From positions 1 to 64,000 of IMG/VR virus record IMGVR_UViG_3300044859_001080: a DNA stretch of 64,000 nucleotides; one strand, 5' to 3'. The translations under genes and the position numbers were made by a program. This document shows, piece after piece, positions 47,253 to 55,808 of this stretch; the first letter of the stretch is position 1; every line of letters starts with the position of its first letter. Source of the stretch: a virus. The notes under the pieces are model-generated. The model was not told the DNA's origin. It ran no database searches and was given only the letters and a program-made list of their open reading frames with translations.

Positions 47253-48308
47253 ATGGCAATTAATGATTTGTGTTTGAATGTTTATTTTGAGAATGATATT
47301 ATAGGTCCATATAATTTTCAATATAGTGGAATAACAAATGGCAAAAATTATTGGCATTCAACAGGAAGTTCAATGACAATAATTTGGAATTTAAGTAATA
47401 AATATTGGGAAGTTTTAAATTGGACAGGAGTTACAAATACAGCATTAAGAAGTGTAAATTCAAGTGATATACCAACAAGTGATTGGAAAATAAGGGGTGT
47501 TGCACCAAAGAATGATGTTTTGGTTACATATGGTGAATGTGATGGATATTCACCCATTTTATTAAGGTCAAAAATAACAAACAATAGTTGTGTTGGAAAT
47601 TGTGATGGTGTTATTGTGGCATCATCTTTAGGGGGCATTAAGCCTTATGTATATTCAATAAATAATGGTCAAACATATTCAAGTTCACCAATTTTTAAGG
47701 GTATTTGTGAAGGCCAATATAATTTATATGTTTCAGGTCAAACAGGTGGTGTAGCTTCAATTGTTTCAAATGTTTCTTCAGAAAATGAATTATCAAGATA
47801 TGAAATTAATTTATCAAATATTTCAGAGCAATTTATATCAGATGATACAATTCAAACAACATGGAAATTAAATATTAATCCAGAGTTAAAGGCTGGACAT
47901 GTATTAACATTAACAATGAATGCAAATCTTGAAACTTCATTATACCAACCAGGTTCAGCAAGTACAAACAATATTATTTCAGTTTATAAAAATAATTCTT
48001 TGTTAACTCCAAACATAATATCAAATTCATTGGCAACAAACAGACCATATTGTTCGCCAAATTTGATTAATACCACATATTCAGCATTAACTTATTCAAC
48101 AACAATAATTAGTGGAGATACATTAACAGGGACAACAACATCCATTATAAATAATAATGGTTATCAAGTGGATTCAAATGGTTGCTCAACAAAGGTGGAA
48201 CAAAAAAATACAATAAGAATTGATTCAGCCAAGATAAATACTTGCAGATGTTGTGAGATAATATTTAATTCTCAAAATTATGTTGGAATAAATTCACATA
48301 TTAAATAA
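47253..48308 (+). CDS. Structural protein with SprB-like repeat
   Basis: CDGVI...GGIKPYVYSINNG...GICEGQY. Confidence 0.65.
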   Translation: MAINDLCLNVYFENDIIGPYNFQYSGITNGKNYWHSTGSSMTIIWNLSNKYWEVLNWTGVTNTALRSVNSSDIPTSDWKIRGVAPKNDVLVTYGECDGYSPILLRSKITNNSCVGNCDGVIVASSLGGIKPYVYSINNGQTYSSSPIFKGICEGQYNLYVSGQTGGVASIVSNVSSENELSRYEINLSNISEQFISDDTIQTTWKLNINPELKAGHVLTLTMNANLETSLYQPGSASTNNIISVYKNNSLLTPNIISNSLATNRPYCSPNLINTTYSALTYSTTIISGDTLTGTTTSIINNNGYQVDSNGCSTKVEQKNTIRIDSAKINTCRCCEIIFNSQNYVGINSHIK

Positions 48309-48324
48309 TTATATATAAAAGATA

Positions 48325-50514
48325 ATGAGTTATATTTTAAAAAATACATCTGGAAAAATAATTACAAGAATAACTGATGTTGGTAGGAAGGCAATATCAA
48401 AGGGGTTGTTCAATATTTCTTATTTCCAAGTTGGAGATAGTGAGATTGATTATATTGGAGATAATATTACAAATAATAATGTATTAATGCCAGCTTTTTG
48501 CGAGCATAATGATAATGCTGGTGGGTATAATGTTAACAAACAAAATGTAAAATATCCCTACTTTCTAAATGGTGCAATTGGTACAACATATGGAATTCCA
48601 TTTAATGAGTCAACAATAAAGGAATTTTATAATTTGGCAACAGATAAGGGATTTTTTGTTAGTGGAGTTACAACATATTCAGCCCAGACAACATCAGCAT
48701 ATACGGTTTCATCAAATTATATTGCAAGTATGCCAACAATAACTGGTCAAACAAGTTTATTGTTATCAGCAAATACATGTTCAGCAACAACTGGTGTTCC
48801 AAAAGTTGGTGATTTTCTTACCATTATTTTAGATGGTGTTGGGGATTGTGGTAGCATAAGAAATTCTTTTCCAATATTGACTTATAAGATTAGTGCATCA
48901 ACAATAAGTGGTAGTAATTATATTGTTGGATTGGATAGAAACCTACCAATATATTCAGCAAAGACAAGTGGAGGTGAGATAGCAAGATGTTTAATTTATC
49001 CATCAGGGATGACTGCGTTATATGATAGTGTTACACCAATGCCAAATTGGTCAAATGATGTTTTTAATTATGAAACGATTTGTGATACATCAGCAACAGT
49101 AGATACAAGAGTTTGGAATATGAATATTCCTTGGTCGCAAACTGTGGCAGGAATAACAGGGGATACTTATGAGGATTATACAAAATATGGATCACAATCA
49201 TATTTGGGAACAAAAGAATATTTGTATTCAAATTCTGGGCAAACATTATCAAGTGATAATGGTGCAGTTTATTATTATGATTCAAGATTGAATAAAATTA
49301 TTGTTGAATCAAAAAATCAAAAAGCAGTTGCAGTAATTCATTATACAAATCAATCTATTGATAATGTTTATGGGGAAAAATTTGCAACAATGCCATTTGA
49401 TGTTGCTGACCCAAAGGATACTAATGATTTGGCAAGAAAATTTAAATTAACAATTCCAACATTGATGTGGCATAAGTCTGATGGTTCAAGTATTGGGCAA
49501 AGTTTTTATATTGATCCCCCAAATGAACCAGGTAAATCTATTCCATATTATATCAAATCAACAAAGAATTCTGATATGAATCAGCCGGGCATTCGTTTCT
49601 TTAATTTATGGGATACAAATGAAAATTCAAAAAATGAGTTAAATAGAGTAGGAAGGGTTTTTCCTGATAGTAAAATTGTGGTTATTGATGATGATGAATT
49701 GGTTGCGGCATTGTCATATAAATCAAATAGGAATTGGACATTACCTGCACCAGAAGTTAGTTTAATAACACCAAATTTATTTGATACAGATACATCAAAT
49801 GATATTGGTGTTTTGACTGGGGATGGAAAAACTTTATGGGTTACATATCGTTTGGATTCAACAGGGTTTACAAATTCATTACATTGCAATTATTATCAAA
49901 ATATTGTTGGTCCTGATACTGGTTGTACAATAACAGCTCAGAATGTTGCGGTTAAATTTGGGGAAGAATTTCCATTTTTATATACAAATAATAGTTTGTC
50001 AGGTTTTTCAGCAAATGAAATTAAAATTTTGGCACAAAGAACAAATACAAATAGTTTGCCAGAACCAAACCAATGGAGAATAATTGATTTTACAAGCCAG
50101 ATTGCTTCAACAAAAATAAATGGATATATCCCAGAATCAGGTTTAACTAAAACAACATTTGTTATTACAGAATCAAATTACACAGCTGCAACAATATATG
50201 ATTTGGCAAAATTCATTGATGTTCCTTTAAATAGTCAACCAACAAAGTTAAATTTTGGGGATGAATATTATTTTTATGGAAACATTCAAACTGGAATTGT
50301 GGCAACAATATATGAAATGAAATATGCTGTTAATCTTGTTATAACACAATTTTCAACAACAACAAATCCAACTTATGTAACTGGTAAGAATAAGTATATT
50401 ACTGAAATTGGACTTTACAATTCCAACAAAGAACTTATGGTTATATCAAAATTAAGTTCACCTATTGAGAGAGTTTTGGGGGATCAACAATTTAACATAA
50501 GTTTAGATTTTTAA
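48325..50514 (+). CDS. Putative baseplate/tail structural protein
   Basis: N-terminal ITDVGRKAI..FQVGDSEIDY and C-terminal ITEIGLYN..ELMVISKL, typical of phage baseplate/collar proteins. Confidence 0.65.
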   Translation: MSYILKNTSGKIITRITDVGRKAISKGLFNISYFQVGDSEIDYIGDNITNNNVLMPAFCEHNDNAGGYNVNKQNVKYPYFLNGAIGTTYGIPFNESTIKEFYNLATDKGFFVSGVTTYSAQTTSAYTVSSNYIASMPTITGQTSLLLSANTCSATTGVPKVGDFLTIILDGVGDCGSIRNSFPILTYKISASTISGSNYIVGLDRNLPIYSAKTSGGEIARCLIYPSGMTALYDSVTPMPNWSNDVFNYETICDTSATVDTRVWNMNIPWSQTVAGITGDTYEDYTKYGSQSYLGTKEYLYSNSGQTLSSDNGAVYYYDSRLNKIIVESKNQKAVAVIHYTNQSIDNVYGEKFATMPFDVADPKDTNDLARKFKLTIPTLMWHKSDGSSIGQSFYIDPPNEPGKSIPYYIKSTKNSDMNQPGIRFFNLWDTNENSKNELNRVGRVFPDSKIVVIDDDELVAALSYKSNRNWTLPAPEVSLITPNLFDTDTSNDIGVLTGDGKTLWVTYRLDSTGFTNSLHCNYYQNIVGPDTGCTITAQNVAVKFGEEFPFLYTNNSLSGFSANEIKILAQRTNTNSLPEPNQWRIIDFTSQIASTKINGYIPESGLTKTTFVITESNYTAATIYDLAKFIDVPLNSQPTKLNFGDEYYFYGNIQTGIVATIYEMKYAVNLVITQFSTTTNPTYVTGKNKYITEIGLYNSNKELMVISKLSSPIERVLGDQQFNISLDF

Positions 50515-51116
50515 TGGTAAATAAAATAGATATTAATTCGCCCAAAGTATTGGGACTTGATGTGTCAACAAAGACAATTGGAATTGCTTTGTTTGATACT
50601 AATTCTGAAAAATTATTGGAATTAACACATTTGTCGCCAATTCCAAAATCAGAAATGAATTCAAAGATAGAAGAACTTATTGTTAAGTCAACTTTATTCA
50701 AATTAAAATTGGAAGATTATAAAAATCTTGGAATAACAAAAGTAATTATAGAAGAACCATTATTAACTTCAAACAATGTAAATACTGTTGGTATATTAAT
50801 GAGGTTTAATACATTAGTTTGTAAAGAAGTTTTTGATGTATTGAATATTATGCCAGAATTTATTTCAACATACAATGCAAGAAAGTTTGCTTATCCAGAA
50901 TTAACTCAAAAGAATAAAAACGGTAAAGAAGTTTTGTTTGGGGGGTTGGACAAATCAATGGATAAGAAAAAATTAATATTGGATTTGGTTGCAGTGAAAG
51001 AACCCCAAATCACTTGGCATTACGACAAGAAGGGAAATTTGAAAAAAGAAAATTTTGACCAAACTGATGCTTATACAGCAGTCCTTGGATATATGAAGAT
51101 GAAAAACATTTGGTAA
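50514..51116 (+). CDS. RuvC-like Holliday junction resolvase
   Basis: VLGLDVST, IIEEP, DQTDAY acidic catalytic motifs. Confidence 0.8.
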   Translation: MVNKIDINSPKVLGLDVSTKTIGIALFDTNSEKLLELTHLSPIPKSEMNSKIEELIVKSTLFKLKLEDYKNLGITKVIIEEPLLTSNNVNTVGILMRFNTLVCKEVFDVLNIMPEFISTYNARKFAYPELTQKNKNGKEVLFGGLDKSMDKKKLILDLVAVKEPQITWHYDKKGNLKKENFDQTDAYTAVLGYMKMKNIW

Positions 51117-51141
51117 TTCGCAAATTCTTACATATATTTGC
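51109..51141 (+). promoter_or_regulatory. Bacteroidota primary-sigma-type promoter
   Basis: TTTG (51109) - 20 nt - TATATTTGC (51133). Confidence 0.65.
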
Positions 51142-51144
51142 GAA

Positions 51145-52053
51145 ATGGAGAATCAAGATAAAGAAATAGAAGTTATATTGGGTTTGATAAGTGATGTGAT
51201 TGGTGAACCAGTCAAATCATTTACCACAAAACACCAATACACATATAATTGCCCCCTTTGCGATGAAGGGGAGAATAAAGGCAATCTTGAAGTATCACTA
51301 TTAAAACATTTATATCATTGTTGGAGCTGTGGTGATGATTCTGAAAAGACACATGGTCCACTTGGCAAGTTATTTGATGTATTTGGCACAAAGAAGCAAA
51401 AGAGATTATATGATTTGGTTAAACCTGAGAACTTAAAGGTTAATGATATTTTTTATCCAAAATTAAGATTACCAGAGGGGTTTGTTACCTTTGAAGATTC
51501 TCATCCATTGCATATCCCTAGGAAAGAAGCATACAATTATTTGCTTGATAGGGGAATAACAGATGATATGATAAAAAAATATAACATTGGTTATACTGTA
51601 AAAGGGGATTTTGCTTATAGAATAATAATTCCATCGTATGATAAGGGTGGGGTATTAAATTATTTCTTGGGGAGATCATGGGTTAAGAGAAAGATTAAAT
51701 ATAAGAATGCCAATGCCCCAAAAGATGAGATTATATTTAATGAACATTTAATTAATTGGTCAGAAGATATATATTTGACTGAAGGGGTTTTTGATAGTAT
51801 ATTTCTACCCAATCCAATTCCATTATTGGGCAAGCATCTTAGTAATAAGTTATTTACTTTATTGTATGAAAAGGCAGAGAAGGATATTATTCTTTGTCTG
51901 GATGGGGATGCTTATAAGGATTCATTAAGATTATATAATGAGTTAAATGGGGGAAATTTATATGATAGAATAAAGATGGTTAAATTACCTTATGACAAAG
52001 ATGTTTGTGAGTTAAGGGGGGATATTGATAAATATTATATTAAAATTAAGTAA
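51145..52053 (+). CDS. DNA primase (Zn-binding plus TOPRIM)
   Basis: CPLCD..HCWSC Zn site, YLLDRGI, EGVFD, LDGDA. Confidence 0.85.
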   Translation: MENQDKEIEVILGLISDVIGEPVKSFTTKHQYTYNCPLCDEGENKGNLEVSLLKHLYHCWSCGDDSEKTHGPLGKLFDVFGTKKQKRLYDLVKPENLKVNDIFYPKLRLPEGFVTFEDSHPLHIPRKEAYNYLLDRGITDDMIKKYNIGYTVKGDFAYRIIIPSYDKGGVLNYFLGRSWVKRKIKYKNANAPKDEIIFNEHLINWSEDIYLTEGVFDSIFLPNPIPLLGKHLSNKLFTLLYEKAEKDIILCLDGDAYKDSLRLYNELNGGNLYDRIKMVKLPYDKDVCELRGDIDKYYIKIK

Positions 52054-52054
52054 A

Positions 52055-52879
52055 ATGAATTTACATGAGGTTGCAAAAGATATTAGAGATATTATTGCTA
52101 AAAGACAAGAAGAATTAAATTTGACATTTATTGAGGAGGATCACATATATCATATGAATGGTAAAAGTGATTATCCTTCTGTATCAAAAATAATTAAAAA
52201 ATATTACAAGGAATTTCCAGGAGAAGAAATTGCTCACAGAAAAGCAAAGGGGGATGAGGTTAAAGCACAAAAGTATTTGACTGAATGGGCAGAAAGTGCA
52301 AACTATGCAGCAAACCTTGGTTCTAGTGTCCATTTCTTTTTGGAGCAAAGACTAATTCATATGTATGGTGATTATAAGAAAATTAGGCAACCTGTTTTTG
52401 AGTGTGATTTAACACAAGAGATTATGTCTGATAGAATGATATCAGCTGGTTTTGCTTATCTTAATCTTATGCATGATAGAGGTGCTGTTCTTATTGACAC
52501 AGAAATGGTATTGGGGGATCCCGACCTTGGGTATGTTGGCCAGCCAGATAAGGTATGGTTAATCCCAAATAAGGAAAAGACAGATTATGGAATTGTTATT
52601 ACAGACTGGAAGACAAACAAGGAGAAAAGTTTCCAGGTTTCCACCTTCACAGAGAATATGTTTAAACCCTTTGAGAAGTATTCCAGCACAGCCCTAGCGC
52701 ATTATTATATACAATTACCACTCTATGGTAGGCTGCTACTTAAAATGCTCTCACAATCAAAATATGAGGGAATTAACTTTTATGGTTCAGTTATTTGTCA
52801 TCTAAAATCAGAGGGGGGTTATGCAGAATATAAAGTTCCAAAAGAGGTGAATGAGATTGTTTTTAATCTAAAAATATAG
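52055..52879 (+). CDS. PD-(D/E)XK exonuclease (RecB/Cas4-like)
   Basis: GSSVH, E, GQPD, DWKT, YYIQLPLY; ATG 52055. Confidence 0.8.
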   Translation: MNLHEVAKDIRDIIAKRQEELNLTFIEEDHIYHMNGKSDYPSVSKIIKKYYKEFPGEEIAHRKAKGDEVKAQKYLTEWAESANYAANLGSSVHFFLEQRLIHMYGDYKKIRQPVFECDLTQEIMSDRMISAGFAYLNLMHDRGAVLIDTEMVLGDPDLGYVGQPDKVWLIPNKEKTDYGIVITDWKTNKEKSFQVSTFTENMFKPFEKYSSTALAHYYIQLPLYGRLLLKMLSQSKYEGINFYGSVICHLKSEGGYAEYKVPKEVNEIVFNLKI

Positions 52880-52900
52880 TTAGAAATATTTTCACAGAAG

Positions 52901-52933
52901 TTTGGTTTGTTTGAATATTGTTCTTATCTTTGC
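52901..52933 (+). promoter_or_regulatory. Bacteroidota primary-sigma-type promoter
   Basis: TTTG (52901) - 20 nt - TATCTTTGC (52925), followed by A/C-rich leader. Confidence 0.75.
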
Positions 52934-52955
52934 AACCTAATCAAAACAAAACAAC

Positions 52956-53750
52956 ATGACAACCAACCAATTCAAGTATGTGGGACAAGGAATTAAGCCA
53001 GAAAACTTTATATATGTTGGCTATTACACCTCATTTACAGTACCAAATGGTGAGGATGGGTATGACACCGAGACCGAGTTTGAGGTTGATTTTGATAAGA
53101 TTGGCGTGGATGACCCAAAAGGTTGGATGGGTAATTTTGACCCAAAGGGCAACAAATGTTCTTGTTGCAACCATGCCATAAAGAGGGGGTCATTCTTCTT
53201 GAATCAAGAAACCTCTGATTTAATTTATGTTGGGTTTGATTGTACCAACAACATTATGAAATATACCTTTGATGTTGAAGGTATTACCAAGCAAACTATG
53301 GCTCAACGCAAGAGAAGGTTGAAGCAGATTGAAATAGCCAAGATATTAACATCTAATGAAGGTTTGGAGGAAACATTATCTGTTAATGATGTTAAAATTA
53401 GAGAGATTGCAAGCAAGTTCTTCAGTTCAGGCAAGATTTCAGAGAAACAAATAGAATTTATTAAAGTTTTAGCAGAGAGAAGAAGGCAGTTGGAATTAGT
53501 TGCAAATGAGGTTGTTGTGGGAAGGTATAAAAGTTTATTCAGAGTTATTTCCTGCAAAGGTATTGTTGACTCCTACACTGGTTCAGTTAAATACAAGTTG
53601 TTGATTGAGAATATTGAAGGTAAATGGAAGGCCTATGGTAATGTAGGTAGCCTTATTGGGCTTGGTGAGGAAATTACTGCTACTGCAACATTCAAAAAAT
53701 CAGATAATGACCCATTATTTGGTTATTTCAGCAGAATTAAAGTTTGGTAG
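52956..53750 (+). CDS. Hypothetical early protein with Zn-ribbon-like motif
   Basis: CSCCNH...VGFDC; possible C-terminal OB-like fold. Confidence 0.7.
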   Translation: MTTNQFKYVGQGIKPENFIYVGYYTSFTVPNGEDGYDTETEFEVDFDKIGVDDPKGWMGNFDPKGNKCSCCNHAIKRGSFFLNQETSDLIYVGFDCTNNIMKYTFDVEGITKQTMAQRKRRLKQIEIAKILTSNEGLEETLSVNDVKIREIASKFFSSGKISEKQIEFIKVLAERRRQLELVANEVVVGRYKSLFRVISCKGIVDSYTGSVKYKLLIENIEGKWKAYGNVGSLIGLGEEITATATFKKSDNDPLFGYFSRIKVW

Positions 53751-53808
53751 ATTCACCCCTTATTATTTATTATATACATTTCATTAACAAATTAAAATAT
53801 AAAATAAT

Positions 53809-54039
53809 ATGGACTTTACATTAGGCGTGCTTTTAAAATCAAAATCATTTGGTTTGTTTGCAAATGCAATAGGTGAATATTGTACAGTTAGCACTTTTTA
53901 TGTAAAAAATACAAAAAAAATTCAAGTAATTTTTGCAAAACCAGGAGAAATAGCAAAAAGACCTGCAATTAATACAATTTCTGAAAATAAAGTAAAAAAA
54001 TTACTTATAAATGAAGGTTTCCAATTAGTGGAAAAATAA
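53809..54039 (+). CDS. Small hypothetical protein
   Basis: 76 aa ORF filling intergenic space, A-rich leader. Confidence 0.55.
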   Translation: MDFTLGVLLKSKSFGLFANAIGEYCTVSTFYVKNTKKIQVIFAKPGEIAKRPAINTISENKVKKLLINEGFQLVEK

Positions 54040-54095
54040 TATTGGCAATATATTGATAGAATGATTTTATTTATCTATGTTTACAAAAAAACAAT

Positions 54096-54875
54096 ATGAT
54101 AAATAAAATCATTCATTTTTCTGATTTACATATTAGGTTATATAAGGATCATAATTTGTTTAGGGAAATATTATCTGAAGCATTTAGCCAATGGGTAGAA
54201 CTAAAACCAGACAGAATTGTTTTTACAGGAGATTTGGTACATAGCAAGAACCAGATGACTCCTGAACTTGTAGAGTTTATTGTCTGGGTTCTTGAGGAGT
54301 GTGCAAAGATTAGTAAGACCATTATCATAATTGGCAATCATGATTTCCTAGAAACAAATATGGATAGATTAGATGCTATTACTCCAATTGTAGATTCAAT
54401 AAAAAATCCAAAAATTAGTTATCTTAAAGATCGGGGGGTTTATGTTGATGAGAACATTAACTGGTGTGTATATTCGTTAATGCAACATAATATCCCCCCA
54501 GACATCCCAAGTTCCGAATCATTTAATATTGGCTTATTTCATGGTCCAGTTAATGGATTGAAAACTGATTTAGGTTTTAGTATTGAAGATGGTTATGAAA
54601 CTGATATATTTAAGGGTTGTGATATTGTTTTTTGTGGTGATATTCACAAACGTGCAATATTTGATATTCCTGGGGGTAAAAAAGCAATAATGGTTGGTAG
54701 CACAATTCAACATAATATGGGGGAAACCATATCAAATCATGGATATGGAATATATACAATTGATGATGATAAATATGAATTTGTTGATTTGGATAACCCC
54801 CAGCCATATTTAAGTTTTAAGATAACTTCATATGATGATATAAAAAATAATAATGAAATTTTAACAAACAAATAA
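54096..54875 (+). CDS. sbcD: SbcD/Mre11/T4 gp47-like metallophosphoesterase nuclease
   Basis: SDLH, GDLVH, GNHD, HG, GDIH motifs. Confidence 0.88.
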   Translation: MINKIIHFSDLHIRLYKDHNLFREILSEAFSQWVELKPDRIVFTGDLVHSKNQMTPELVEFIVWVLEECAKISKTIIIIGNHDFLETNMDRLDAITPIVDSIKNPKISYLKDRGVYVDENINWCVYSLMQHNIPPDIPSSESFNIGLFHGPVNGLKTDLGFSIEDGYETDIFKGCDIVFCGDIHKRAIFDIPGGKKAIMVGSTIQHNMGETISNHGYGIYTIDDDKYEFVDLDNPQPYLSFKITSYDDIKNNNEILTNK

Positions 54876-54876
54876 T

Positions 54877-55467
54877 ATGAAAACACAGATTATAACAAAT
54901 GATGCTTTCTTTATTGATATCATCAGATATTGTGAGGTAAATAATATTCCAGATATTGATGATTTCGTATCACAATGTTTGAAGTCAGGATTTTATATTG
55001 AGAAGTATGGGGTATTAGGTCATAATGTTGAAAGCCAACCCAAAGAAATTATCAGAGAGGTTGAAAAGATTGTTGAAGTCACAGTTGATAGAATTGTTGA
55101 AAAGATTGTGGAGGTTGATAGGATTGTTGAAGTCCCAGTTGATAGGATTGTTGAGATAACAAAAGAAGTCCCCATATATAAAGAAATAATTAAGGAAGTG
55201 CAGACTGGGGGTGTTAGGGTTGAAATCAAAGAGATTGAGGTAATTAAGGAAGTTCCAGTTATCCAAGAAGTTTTTGTTATCAAGGAGGTTCAGATGGAGA
55301 ATACAGAATGTGAAAATGAATTAAGTGATTTCAAGATGAAAGTTAATTCAATGACTGAAGAATTAATAAATAAGAATAGAATTATAGAAGATTATAGAAG
55401 ATTATTTTCTGATATGACAAATCAGTCAGCAAGATATCATAAATCATCAAACATAAAAATTAGATAA
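54877..55467 (+). CDS. Protein with alveolin/articulin-like EKIVEV repeats and coiled coil
   Basis: EVEKIVEVTVDRIVEKIVEVDRIVEVPVDRIVE...KEVP. Confidence 0.7.
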   Translation: MKTQIITNDAFFIDIIRYCEVNNIPDIDDFVSQCLKSGFYIEKYGVLGHNVESQPKEIIREVEKIVEVTVDRIVEKIVEVDRIVEVPVDRIVEITKEVPIYKEIIKEVQTGGVRVEIKEIEVIKEVPVIQEVFVIKEVQMENTECENELSDFKMKVNSMTEELINKNRIIEDYRRLFSDMTNQSARYHKSSNIKIR

Positions 55468-55468
55468 T

Positions 55469-55807
55469 ATGGACATTTTAATTTGGGTTTTCACAAGCTA
55501 CGGTCTTATGAACATAATGGTTTATGGATCAATATTTTCAGGGTTAAGAGATTTTTTTAACAATACAGGAAAGAGGGATATTTTAATTATATCCCCCATT
55601 TTTAGATTTATTTATGGGATTATATCTTGTCCAATGTGTTTCAGCACTTGGGGTGGATTTTTCTTGGGGGCATTCATTTATTCCCCAACAATGCAATATC
55701 TTGGAAGTTGTTATGAGATGTCTTGGTTTTTTGATGGGATATTTTCATCAGGAGTTGTTTGGGCATTAAATTCAATTATTGAATGGTATGAAAATAAATC
55801 AAACTAA
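55469..55807 (+). CDS. Small membrane protein, DUF1360-like
   Basis: Hydrophobic segments and ISCPMCFSTW motif. Confidence 0.65.
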   Translation: MDILIWVFTSYGLMNIMVYGSIFSGLRDFFNNTGKRDILIISPIFRFIYGIISCPMCFSTWGGFFLGAFIYSPTMQYLGSCYEMSWFFDGIFSSGVVWALNSIIEWYENKSN

Positions 55808-55808
55808 T

